Shown piece by piece: positions 1 through 8,618 of a stretch of 64,000 nt of DNA (positions are counted from its first letter, which is position 1; each line of letters opens with the position of its first letter). The position numbers were made by a program, and so were the translations under genes. The notes under the pieces are model-generated. The model was not told the origin of the DNA. It ran no database searches and saw nothing but the letters and a program-made list of their open reading frames with translations. Source of the stretch: Candidatus Eiseniibacteriota bacterium (GTDB lineage Bacteria; Eisenbacteria; RBG-16-71-46); NCBI GenBank assembly GCA_963725865.1, contig CAVSAC010000014.1:832001-896000 (forward strand), in the 5' to 3' direction.

Positions 1-599
1 CCGAGGCACGGCGCCTGGAGGATGGTGTCGTAGATCTGCTGCTTGCCGCGCGCGCAGATCTGGATCAGGCCGCTGTCGCGATGGGCGAGCGTGTCCGACG
101 GATCGCCCTCGATGCACAGCGGGAAGTTCGCGGTGGCGCGGTACACGTCGATCAACACGATGTTCCCGAGCCCCGACGCGCCCATCGAACGCACCGTCTC
201 GGTCATGTGGTCGAGGCCCACGCTGCTGGTGGCGGTCGGGAAGATCAGGTCACGGCACGCTGCCGCGGCGCCGACCATGTAGTCCGCGACTGCGTGTTCG
301 GCTTCCATCAGCTTGACGCGCTTCAGGCCGCCGGGCTGGTTCGCGATCTGGGCCGCCACCGTCTCGATCCACTTGGTCGACGGCGTGATCGGGAAGCCCG
401 CGAAGATGACCGCGCGCCACATCTGAAGCGTCGCGATCGCGGCGGCCGTGTTGCCATCGGCCGTCACCGGCTCGCGTTGCGTGTACAGCGGCAGGTGCCG
501 GGCCTTGACCTTGTCGAGCCGGATGGCGTCGTCATAGCGCTCTCCGGACGGGGTCGAGACGTGCGGCATCAACTGGATCGTGCTCTCGGGCGCGCTCAT
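1..599 (-). CDS. Pyruvate/2-oxoacid:ferredoxin oxidoreductase alpha subunit (PorA-like), N-terminal part; runs off the window
   Basis: Not in the ORF track. Manual translation from ATG 599 gives MSAPEST...ADGNTAAA...FAGFPITPSTKWIE...MEAEHAVADY...TATSSVGL, matching the PFOR alpha GN-x-A, (Y/F)PITP, E-x-EH and TATSS-x-G motifs. ATGA overlap with the upstream gene. Confidence 0.85.
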   Translation of the reverse strand, partial: MSAPESTIQLMPHVSTPSGERYDDAIRLDKVKARHLPLYTQREPVTADGNTAAAIATLQMWRAVIFAGFPITPSTKWIETVAAQIANQPGGLKRVKLMEAEHAVADYMVGAAAACRDLIFPTATSSVGLDHMTETVRSMGASGLGNIVLIDVYRATANFPLCIEGDPSDTLAHRDSGLIQICARGKQQIYDTILQAPCL

Positions 600-1564
600 G
601 CTTCGACCTCCTCCCACTTCTCCTCGTACGAGCCTTCCTTGAAGAGGTTCTCGGGGCACACCGCGATGCACTCACCGCAGAGCTTGCAGAATGAGCTGAC
701 GTCGGCGCCGGTGACCAGGACGCTGCGCTGCTCGTCGGGCTGCCAGCGGATGATGCTCTCGGGGCACGACGTGATGCAGTGCGCGCAACCCGTGCACGCC
801 AGGTTGGGATCCTCGAACACCAGTCGGAACCCGCTCTTGGCGAAGTTCGAGGTGAGATTGGTCTGCGAAAGGCGCAGTCGCGTCTGCGCGCCGACCGGCA
901 ATTCGCCATAGCCTTCGAACGCCGGCGCCATGTGATCGCCGGGGCGGGCCTCGTCGTAGACGCCCGTCTGGATCGCGTCCGCCGAGGCCTTCAGCGCCTC
1001 CCGGTTGCGCTCGATGAGCGCGTCGGGGATGCGGCGCTTCTTCAGCATCTTGAGGAACATCTCGATGACCTTCTCGGACGAGAGGCCGCCGATCGCACGG
1101 GCCATCGCGACGTAGGCGGACACGTTGCCGATCGGAGCCTTCAGGTACTGGGTTCCGATCTCGTCGCCCGACACCGTGAACACGCGGCCCGACAGATGGA
1201 AGTGCTTGGCGCACTCCAGCGGGGTGCGGCGCGTGTTGATCACGAACGTGCCGCCGACCGGCACGCCGTGGGCGAAGTCCACCGCGCGCGCGGCTGCTTC
1301 ATCCATCAGCAGCGCGATGTTCGGACGCGTCAGTTCACACGCGGCCGCGATCGGACGAGAGCTCACCCGCAGGAAGGAACGGATGTTGGCCCCACGCCGC
1401 GCGGAGGAGAAGAACGGCCACTCCTGCACGTGCAACTCGGGGTCGGAGGAAAGCAGTGCGGCGAGGCTCTGGAAGGCGAGCACGAGGCCGCCTCCCGCCT
1501 TGCCGTCCCCGCGAAGTTCCAGTATGGAGGAGCGGAGCACCTCCTGCGGGTCGATGGGTCTCAA
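596..1564 (-). CDS. 2-oxoacid:acceptor oxidoreductase gamma subunit fused to a delta (2x[4Fe-4S]) domain
   Basis: N-terminal ELRGDGKAGGG and SSARRGA..RSFLR gamma-type motifs. C-terminal CTGCAHCITSCP and CKLCGECIAVCP. Confidence 0.85.
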   Translation of the reverse strand: MRPIDPQEVLRSSILELRGDGKAGGGLVLAFQSLAALLSSDPELHVQEWPFFSSARRGANIRSFLRVSSRPIAAACELTRPNIALLMDEAAARAVDFAHGVPVGGTFVINTRRTPLECAKHFHLSGRVFTVSGDEIGTQYLKAPIGNVSAYVAMARAIGGLSSEKVIEMFLKMLKKRRIPDALIERNREALKASADAIQTGVYDEARPGDHMAPAFEGYGELPVGAQTRLRLSQTNLTSNFAKSGFRLVFEDPNLACTGCAHCITSCPESIIRWQPDEQRSVLVTGADVSSFCKLCGECIAVCPENLFKEGSYEEKWEEVEA

Positions 1565-1571
1565 GATCTCC

Positions 1572-1778
1572 TCACTTCCGCCACAGGATCGCGTGGCCCG
1601 GACAATCCGTCATGATTTTCTGCAGTTTTGGCATGTAAGTCTCGTCGATGTCTGCGTTGAAGACCTCGGCGACCTCTTCGTCCTCGACCTTCCGGAACGC
1701 ATTTGGAAGCACCTTGATGCAGTCGCCGCATTCAGTGCAAAGGTCCGCATCGACATAGAACTCAGGCACCTTGCCCAT
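1572..1778 (-). CDS. Single-cluster ferredoxin
   Basis: 68 aa, acidic, CTECGDC...CPGHAI. GGAGGT RBS upstream. Confidence 0.9.
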   Translation of the reverse strand: MGKVPEFYVDADLCTECGDCIKVLPNAFRKVEDEEVAEVFNADIDETYMPKLQKIMTDCPGHAILWRK

Positions 1779-1843
1779 CGTTCACACCTCCCGGTGGGGT
1801 CCATCGATCGTGAGCCGCGGTCCCGCGGCCGAGCACGTCTTGT

Positions 1844-1857
1844 GCATAAGTTATGCT
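1844..1857. promoter_or_regulatory. AT-rich palindrome GCATAA-G-TTATGC overlapping a TATGCT -10-like box in the divergent fdx/apbE intergenic region
   Basis: Perfect inverted repeat at 1844-1856, read directly from the sequence. Confidence 0.45.
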
Positions 1858-1933
1858 AGGTCATGAACGCACCGCAGCCGACCCGGGCCTCGCGGTGGCG
1901 TCGACTCTAGCCCGGGACGAGAGACGAGATCAT

Positions 1934-2953
1934 ATGTCCGACTCCCATCCCCGGCTCGCCGTGCTGAACCAGCACGTCGCCCTCAACTCCCTCTCGCGTC
2001 GTCGCTTCCTCACCGGGATCGGCCTGCTGGCGGGTGCCGGCGTCGCGGCTCCACTGCTCGGACGCATGAGGCCGAAACCGACCGCGCGCGTCGATGTGAC
2101 GCGTCCGGCACTCGGCACCTACGTTCGCATCCTCGTACGTCACGAGGATGACAAACTCGCGCAGCGGGCGATCGAGCGCGGATTCGACGCGATCACGCGG
2201 GTCGATCAGCAGCTCAGCATCCATCGCGCCGATAGCCAGGTCGCGCGCGTGAACGCCGCCGCCGGCGAGCGCGCGGTCGCGGTGGATCCCGAGGTGCTCG
2301 ACGTCGTCGAGCGCGCCTGCGCCGAGGCACACCGCTCGCAGGGACTCTACGACATCACCGTGCTGCCGCTGATGCGGCTCTACGGCTTCTATCAGTCCGG
2401 CCGCGCCGGATTCCCGAGCGACCGCGAGATCGCGGCCACGCTCGAGCGGATGGGTGTCCGCCAGGTGCGCGTCGATCGCGCGGACGGCACGTTGGGACTC
2501 GCGAGCCGCGGTGCGGCGCTCGACTTCGGATCGGTCGGCAAGGGTTGGGCGATCGATCGCGCGGTCGATGCACTGCGGCGCGAAGGAGTGACCTCGGCGA
2601 TGGTGGATGTGGGCCGCAACGTCTATGGACTCGGCGTTCCCGACGAGGGTTCGCCGGGGTGGTCCGTCGGCGTCATCCACCCTCTCACCGGAGCCATCGC
2701 CCACGTGTTCGTGCTGCGCGACGCCGCCGTCGCGACCAGCGGGAACCACGAGCAGTCGGTGACGCTGGCCGACACGCGCGTCGGCCACCTCTTCGACGCG
2801 CGCAGCGGGCGGCCGGCGGACGGACACCTGTCCGCGAGCGTGCAGGCCCGCACCGGCGCCGATTCGGACATCGGATCCACATCCGCATTCCTGCTGGGGC
2901 CGGGACGCCTGGCAGAGCTGCCGGAGCATCTCGGCGTCCACTTCATCGGCTGA
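1934..2953 (+). CDS. apbE: FAD:protein FMN transferase (ApbE family) with twin-arginine signal
   Basis: SRRRFL Tat motif, ALGT, DITVLPL, LDFGSVGKGWAID, ATSG, HLFDARSG. Lies directly upstream of the rnf genes. Confidence 0.92.
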   Translation: MSDSHPRLAVLNQHVALNSLSRRRFLTGIGLLAGAGVAAPLLGRMRPKPTARVDVTRPALGTYVRILVRHEDDKLAQRAIERGFDAITRVDQQLSIHRADSQVARVNAAAGERAVAVDPEVLDVVERACAEAHRSQGLYDITVLPLMRLYGFYQSGRAGFPSDREIAATLERMGVRQVRVDRADGTLGLASRGAALDFGSVGKGWAIDRAVDALRREGVTSAMVDVGRNVYGLGVPDEGSPGWSVGVIHPLTGAIAHVFVLRDAAVATSGNHEQSVTLADTRVGHLFDARSGRPADGHLSASVQARTGADSDIGSTSAFLLGPGRLAELPEHLGVHFIG

Positions 2954-2972
2954 CGGGAACGGGGGCGGGGGA

Positions 2973-4325
2973 ATGGGACACACGGCGCTGCGCACCTTTG
3001 GCCGCGGGGGCATCCACCCCGGGCCGCACAAGGAGGCCACGTCCGCGCTGCCCATCGAGTCGTTCGCGACTCCGCGCGAGGTCCGGCTGCCGCTGCTCCA
3101 GCACCTCGGCGAGCCCGGCACTCCGATCGTGAAGAAGGGTGACCTGGTGCGCCGCGGGCAGAAGATCGCCGACGGTGGCGCGACTGGAGTTCCGCTCCAC
3201 GCGACCATCTCGGGCAAGGTGAAGCCGATCGACCGGCAGCCGCACCCGACGCTCGTGAGTTCGCCCGCCATCACGATCGTGCCGGCGGCCGAGGCGGAGC
3301 CCGAGCTCGCCTACGAGGACGACCCGGGCTGGCGCGAGCTGCCGCGCGACGAAGCGCTGGCGCGCGTGCGCGAGGCCGGCATCGTGGGGCTCGGCGGCGC
3401 GGCGTTCCCGACCTGGCGCAAGCTGGTGTTCGCCACCGAGGCCGAGGTCGACACCGTGATCGTCAACGGCGCCGAATGCGAGCCGTATCTCACGTCCGAC
3501 TACCGCCTCATGCTGAGCGAGGCGGCGGGGGTGGTCGAGGGCGGCGTGGCGCTCGCGCGCCTGGTGGGCGCGGCGCGGGTGCTGTTCGGCGTCGAATCCG
3601 ACAAGCTGGATGCCGCCCACGCGCTGGGCGGGGCCATCGCCGCGTCGACGACGCAGGGCGTGGCCATGCACGTCGTGCCGGTCCTGGCCCGCTATCCCCA
3701 GGGCGCGGAGAAGCAACTCGTGCAGGCGGTCACCGGCCGCGTCGTGCCGCCGCGCCAGCTGCCGCTGGCGGTCGGCGTGCTGGTGCAGAACGTCGCCACC
3801 GCGCTCGCGGTCTACGAGGCGCTGCGCTGGCGCAAGCCGCTGCTCGACCGGGTCATGACCGTGACCGGCCCCGGCGTGCGACAGCCCAAGAACCTGAAGG
3901 TTCCGCTCGGCACCCTGCTGTCCGAGCTCGTGGAGCTGTGCGGCGGCATCACCGACGACGCCACGCGCCTGGTGGCCGGCGGCCCGATGATGGGCCGCGC
4001 GCTGCCGCGGCTCGACGTGCCGGTGCTCAAGGGTATGAACGGCCTGGTGGTGCTCACCGGGGCGTCCACGTTCGAGGACGGCTTCCTGGCCTGCATCCAG
4101 TGCGGGCGCTGCGTCGAGGCGTGTCCGCTGGGGCTCGAGCCCGATCAGGTCTCGGTGCGCGTCGAGGCGGGCCGCACGCTCGACACCGAGCCGTACGGCG
4201 CGCTCGAGTGCTACGAGTGCGGCTGCTGCACCTACGTGTGTCCGTCGCACCGCCCGCTCGTCCAGTTTATGCAGGTCGCCAAGGGCTCGCTGCGGCGGGC
4301 GCGCGAGACGCGGGCCAAGGCATGA
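2973..4325 (+). CDS. rnfC: Rnf complex subunit C
   Basis: LLQHLG, AGIVGLGGAAFPT, NGAECEPYLTSD, YPQGAEK, GGPMMG, CIQCGRCVEACP, CYECGCCTYVCP. Confidence 0.96.
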   Translation: MGHTALRTFGRGGIHPGPHKEATSALPIESFATPREVRLPLLQHLGEPGTPIVKKGDLVRRGQKIADGGATGVPLHATISGKVKPIDRQPHPTLVSSPAITIVPAAEAEPELAYEDDPGWRELPRDEALARVREAGIVGLGGAAFPTWRKLVFATEAEVDTVIVNGAECEPYLTSDYRLMLSEAAGVVEGGVALARLVGAARVLFGVESDKLDAAHALGGAIAASTTQGVAMHVVPVLARYPQGAEKQLVQAVTGRVVPPRQLPLAVGVLVQNVATALAVYEALRWRKPLLDRVMTVTGPGVRQPKNLKVPLGTLLSELVELCGGITDDATRLVAGGPMMGRALPRLDVPVLKGMNGLVVLTGASTFEDGFLACIQCGRCVEACPLGLEPDQVSVRVEAGRTLDTEPYGALECYECGCCTYVCPSHRPLVQFMQVAKGSLRRARETRAKA

Positions 4326-5302
4326 GCGAGGACCGCCGCTTCGTCATCTCTCCCGGTCCGCACCTTCACGCGGCCGACAGCACCGCCAACATCATGTGGT
4401 GGGTGAACGGCACCCTCGCGCCGATGGCGCTGTGGGGCGCGTTCGTGTTCGGCGGCTCCGCGCTCGCCGTGATCGCGGGCGCGGTCGCCGGCGCGGCGGG
4501 TTCCGAATGGGCGGTCGCGCGGCTCTCGCGACGCCGCTCGCCGCTCGGTGACGGCAGCGCCGTGTGCACCGGGCTGCTGCTGGCGCTCACGCTCTCGCCG
4601 GGAGTGGCGTGGTGGATGGCGCTGCTGGGCGGCGCGTTCGCGATCCTGCTCGGCAAGGCGATCTTCGGCGGGCTGGGCTTCAACCTGTTCAATCCCGCCC
4701 TGATCGGGCGCGCGTTCATGATGGCGTCGTTCCCGGTCGCGATGACCTCGTCGTGGCTGGCGCCCCGCCCGTGGTTCTCGACGCCGCTCGACGCGGTCAC
4801 CACCGCGACGCCGCTCGCCGCGCTGCGCGAACACGGTCTCGCGGCCGCGGTGAAGCTGGTGACCAGCCCCGCCGGACTGTGGGGCGGCCTGGCGCTCGGC
4901 TTCCGGCCCGGTTCGATCGGCGAGGTCTCGATGGTCCTGATCGCGCTGGGAGCCGTGGCGCTGCTGATGCGCGGCATCATCACGCTCTGGATCCCGCTCA
5001 GCGTCCTCGCGGGCGTGGCGCTGTCGACCGCCTTCACCGGCGCCGCGGGCCTCCACTTGATGAGCGGCGGATTGTGGTTGGGCGCCTTCTACATGGCGAC
5101 CGACTACGTCACCTCACCCACGATGCGCGGCGGCCAGATCGCGTTCGGGCTCACGGTCGGCGTGCTCACCGGCATCATTCGCGTCTACGGCGGCTATCCC
5201 GAGGGGATCTGCTACGCCATCCTGATCGCCAACGCCATGTCGCCGGCGTTCAACCTGTGGTTCCGCCCGCGGCGGAACGCACTGGCGGGGAGCCCGTCGT
5301 GA
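4322..5302 (+). CDS. rnfD: Rnf complex subunit D
   Basis: SPGPHLH, DGSAVCTGLLLAL, FGGLGFNLFNPALIGRAF, FMN-binding DAVTTATPL, GSIGE, MATDYVTSP, GGYPEG. ATGA overlap with rnfC. Confidence 0.95.
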   Translation: MSEDRRFVISPGPHLHAADSTANIMWWVNGTLAPMALWGAFVFGGSALAVIAGAVAGAAGSEWAVARLSRRRSPLGDGSAVCTGLLLALTLSPGVAWWMALLGGAFAILLGKAIFGGLGFNLFNPALIGRAFMMASFPVAMTSSWLAPRPWFSTPLDAVTTATPLAALREHGLAAAVKLVTSPAGLWGGLALGFRPGSIGEVSMVLIALGAVALLMRGIITLWIPLSVLAGVALSTAFTGAAGLHLMSGGLWLGAFYMATDYVTSPTMRGGQIAFGLTVGVLTGIIRVYGGYPEGICYAILIANAMSPAFNLWFRPRRNALAGSPS

Positions 5303-6159
5303 GCACTGCTCCGCGCCTCGAGGACCGCGCCGAGCTGGTCCGTATCGTCGCCTCGATGGCCGGCACGATGGTGCTGGCAGGCTTCGTCCTCGGCGGCGTG
5401 TTCCTGGGCACCGATCGCTATCAGAAGGTCGCGGGACTGGCGAAGGAGAAGCGCAACGTCTCCCAGATGCTCCAGCTCGACTCCCAAGCCACGGTGCTGG
5501 AGGTGCGCCAGTACCTGGACCCCGAGAAGCGGGAGGTGGTCTACCGCGCGCGGCCGTTCGGGAACGAGGCCGCGGCGGCGCGCGAGCTCACGTTCTCGCT
5601 CGCGGGCGAGCTGCGCGGCCAGGCGCAGGTGCCTGCGACACCCGGAGGCGAGGAGGCGCCGCGCGGGATGCGTCCGCTCGGCCGCGTGTTCGTGGCCACT
5701 GCCGCCGGCGCCCCGGCCGGATTCGTCGTCGAGGGCGAGTCGCGCGGCTACAAGAACCGCATCCGCTTCTTCGTCGCGCTCTCGCCGGAGTTCGAGATCC
5801 TCGGGGTGCGCGTGGTCGAGCACGAGGAGGACCCCGGTCTCGGCGCCGAGGTCGCCACGCCCTGGTTCCAGGGCCAGTTCGTCGGCCGCGGCGGCGACGC
5901 GCTCGCCAAGCTCGACGTGACCCGCGATCCGATGCCCGAGGACTGGCGCGGCGCGCTCCAGGAGCTGGCGCGCACCCCGGTGCCGGAGTGGCGCGCGAAG
6001 CACGCGGCCGAGCTCCAGGCGCAGGCCGGCCGGCCGATCTACGCCGTCACCGGCGCGACGATCTCGAGCCGCGCACTCACGAACGGCGTGCGCGCAACGG
6101 TGGACCACTTCCACCGGCGCTGGCAGCTGCTGGCGCCCTACCTGGGAGGCCCCGCGTGA
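5299..6159 (+). CDS. rnfG: Rnf complex subunit G (extended, 286 aa)
   Basis: N-terminal TM helix, GY..RI, HEEDPGLGA, FMN-binding AVTGATISSRA. GTGA overlap with rnfD. Confidence 0.9.
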   Translation: MSTAPRLEDRAELVRIVASMAGTMVLAGFVLGGVFLGTDRYQKVAGLAKEKRNVSQMLQLDSQATVLEVRQYLDPEKREVVYRARPFGNEAAAARELTFSLAGELRGQAQVPATPGGEEAPRGMRPLGRVFVATAAGAPAGFVVEGESRGYKNRIRFFVALSPEFEILGVRVVEHEEDPGLGAEVATPWFQGQFVGRGGDALAKLDVTRDPMPEDWRGALQELARTPVPEWRAKHAAELQAQAGRPIYAVTGATISSRALTNGVRATVDHFHRRWQLLAPYLGGPA

Positions 6160-6818
6160 GCACCGTCCTGGTCCAGGGCCCGCGGCCCTCGGCGCTGCAG
6201 CTGGTGATGAACGGGATCCTGAACGAGAACCCGGTGTTCCGGCTCGCGCTCTCGCTGTGCCCGGCGGTCGCCGTGACGAACACGGTGATGAACGGCGTCA
6301 TCCTGGGCATCGCAGTGCTGTGCGTGCAGGTGTTCTCGAGCATGACCGTGGCGGTGGCCAAGCGGCTCATCCACCCGCGGGTGCGCATCCCGGTCTACAC
6401 CGTCATCATCGCCGTCTGGGTGAGCGCCATGGACATGTCGCTCGCGGCGTTCACGCCCACGCTCTACGCCCAGGTCGGCCTCTACGTGAAGCTGATCGTC
6501 GCGTTCGCGATCATCATCTCGCGCCTCGAGGTGTTCGCCTCCAAGCAGCCGCTGTGGCCGTCGTTCTGGGACGGGCTCGGCATGGGGCTCGGCTTCCTGC
6601 TCGCGCTGGTGGTGATCGGCGCCCTGCGCGAACTGCTCGGCAACGGCTCGCTGCTGGGGTTCGCGCTCACGCCGTCGAAGCCGCTGCTGTTCTTCGCGCT
6701 GCCGGCCGGCGGGTTCTTCTCGATCGCGCTGCTGATGGCGTTCTTCAACGCGGTCGAGGCCCGGGTCGCGGGGCCGGATGCGGCGCCGAAGTCGGGCGGC
6801 GGGGGTGCCCATGGCTAG
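6156..6818 (+). CDS. rnfE: Rnf complex subunit E
   Basis: ENPVFRLALSLCPAVAVT, VRIP, DGLGMGLGF, RELLG, LPAGGF. Confidence 0.93.
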   Translation: MSTVLVQGPRPSALQLVMNGILNENPVFRLALSLCPAVAVTNTVMNGVILGIAVLCVQVFSSMTVAVAKRLIHPRVRIPVYTVIIAVWVSAMDMSLAAFTPTLYAQVGLYVKLIVAFAIIISRLEVFASKQPLWPSFWDGLGMGLGFLLALVVIGALRELLGNGSLLGFALTPSKPLLFFALPAGGFFSIALLMAFFNAVEARVAGPDAAPKSGGGGAHG

Positions 6819-7728
6819 TCACCGGCCGCTCCTCGCCCTCGCGCTGCTCGCGCTGCTGGTCGCGGTCCCCGGCAGCGCCGCGGAATCGATCATCCGCCAC
6901 GTGCGCGTGCTGGCGCCGAACACGCTGAAGGTCACGCTGGCGCAGCCGCTGACGCGCACCGACGCCGCCAACTTCCGCTTCACCGAGACCAGCGCGCCCG
7001 ACGCTCCGATGACGGTGACCGCGGTGCAGGTGGACGCGCCGGACCACGTCACGCTCACGGTGGACCAGCCGCTCTACGCCGGCAACGCCTACCGCCTCGA
7101 GCTCGCCGAGCCGCCCGCGGCCCGCGACGTGAAGCCGTCGTCGTGGGCGCTGCTGTTCGCGGTGTTCCTGTCGTCGGCGCTCATCAACAACTTCGTGTTC
7201 ACCCGCTATCTCGGACTGTGCGTGTTCTTCGGCGTCTCGAAGCGGCGCGACACCGCCATCGGCATGGGCATCACGTTCACGCTGGTGATGGTGCTCACCG
7301 GCATGATCTCGTGGGCGCTCTTCACCTTCGTGATGAAGCCGCTCCACCTCACGTTCCTGCAGGTCATCGTGTTCATCGGGGTGGTCGCGTTCTTCGTGCA
7401 GCTCCTGGACACGGTGCTCAAGAAGGTGAATCCGGCGATGCACCGCAGCTTCGGCATCTACCTGGTGCTCATCACGACGAACTGCATCATCCTCGCCGTG
7501 CCGCTGCTCAACGCGGCCGCCAACGCGACCGCGCTCGACGCGCTGGCGCTGGCGGTGGGCTCGGGCGTGGGATTCGCGCTCGCGTTGTTCCTGATGTCGT
7601 GCGCGCGGGAGAAGCTGGAGCTCGCGCGGGTACCGAAGTCGTTCGCGGGCCTGCCGATCGCGTTCGCGCTGGCGGGACTGTTCGCGCTCGCCTTCATGGG
7701 TTTCTCGGGGTTGGACTTCTTCCGGTAG
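6811..7728 (+). CDS. rnfA: Rnf complex subunit A with an extra N-terminal signal peptide and Ig-like domain
   Basis: The C-terminal ~195 aa carry NNFVFTRYLGLC-x-FFGVSK, AIGMG, GIYLVLITTNC, G-x-PIAF, AFMGFSG. The N-terminal ~110 aa are extra. Confidence 0.92.
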   Translation: MASHRPLLALALLALLVAVPGSAAESIIRHVRVLAPNTLKVTLAQPLTRTDAANFRFTETSAPDAPMTVTAVQVDAPDHVTLTVDQPLYAGNAYRLELAEPPAARDVKPSSWALLFAVFLSSALINNFVFTRYLGLCVFFGVSKRRDTAIGMGITFTLVMVLTGMISWALFTFVMKPLHLTFLQVIVFIGVVAFFVQLLDTVLKKVNPAMHRSFGIYLVLITTNCIILAVPLLNAAANATALDALALAVGSGVGFALALFLMSCAREKLELARVPKSFAGLPIAFALAGLFALAFMGFSGLDFFR

Positions 7729-7737
7729 GGATCGATC

Positions 7738-8613
7738 GTGGACCATCAGACGCTCGGCATCGTGCTGTGGGGGCTCGCGCTCTTCACCGTGCTCGGGCTG
7801 CTGTTCGGCTTCGCCCTCGCGGTGGCGGCGCAGCGCTTCCGGGTGGCGTCGAACCCGCTGGTCGACGCGGTGCGGGACCACCTACCCTCGGCCAACTGCG
7901 GCGCGTGCGGATTCGCCGGCTGCACGGCCTACGCCGAGGCGGTGGTGGAGCGCAACGAGGTCTCGCCGAATCTGTGCATCCCGGGGCGCCAGGCCGTCGC
8001 CAATGCGGTCGCCACGCTCACCCACAAGGCGCTCGGCTCGGTCGAGGACCGCATCGTGGTCATGCGCTGCCACGGCGTCAGCGCCTACGCGCGCGAGGAG
8101 GCCGTGTACGCGGGAATCCCGACCTGCTCCGCTGCGGCGATGGTGTTCGGCGGACCGAAGGCCTGCAAGAACGGCTGCCTCGGCCTCGGCGACTGCGTGC
8201 GCGCCTGCCCGTTCGGCGCCCTGCACCTGGGTGGCGAGGGCATCGCGGTGGTGGACGTCGCGAAGTGCACCGGCTGCGCGATCTGCGTCGCCGTGTGTCC
8301 CAAGAACCTGTTCGAGCTCTATCCGCGCTCGCGCCGCATCGAGCTGTCCTGCGTGGCGCGCGACAAGGGCTCGGTGGTCCGATCGACGTGCATGGTCGGC
8401 TGCATCCTGTGTCGCAAGTGCGTCTCGAAGTGCCCGGCGGGCGCGATCACCTGGGACGGCCAGACGATCGTCATCGACCACGTGGCGTGCCAGGCGTACG
8501 GCCCCTCGTGCAACGAGGCCTGCGTGGACATCTGCCCGAGCAACATCCTGCATCGCGTAGGCCAGCTGCCTCGTCCCGAGGTGGTCGAGCCCGCACAGAC
8601 CGTGGAGGTGTGA
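7738..8613 (+). CDS. rnfB: Rnf complex subunit B (polyferredoxin type)
   Basis: N-terminal TM, LPSANCGACGFAGC, GCLGLGDCVRACPF, CTGCAICVAVCP, GCILCRKCVSKCP. Confidence 0.95.
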   Translation: MDHQTLGIVLWGLALFTVLGLLFGFALAVAAQRFRVASNPLVDAVRDHLPSANCGACGFAGCTAYAEAVVERNEVSPNLCIPGRQAVANAVATLTHKALGSVEDRIVVMRCHGVSAYAREEAVYAGIPTCSAAAMVFGGPKACKNGCLGLGDCVRACPFGALHLGGEGIAVVDVAKCTGCAICVAVCPKNLFELYPRSRRIELSCVARDKGSVVRSTCMVGCILCRKCVSKCPAGAITWDGQTIVIDHVACQAYGPSCNEACVDICPSNILHRVGQLPRPEVVEPAQTVEV

Positions 8614-8618
8614 TTCCT

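Noticed and set aside
7726..7740. rnfA TAG is in frame with the rnfB GTG (possible read-through fusion)
   Set aside because: RnfA ends at its normal C-terminus, rnfB has its own AGGGA RBS-like sequence, and an in-frame junction has a one-in-three chance.
7143..8618. Apparent N-terminal extension making a 1074-aa KorA; similar run-ons in the ORF track for rnfD, rnfG, LamG, S8, DUF58, BatA, EamA, envC and sodA
   Set aside because: These are out-of-frame overlaps with upstream genes giving Arg/Gly/Ala-rich nonsense. Real starts sit at the junctions.
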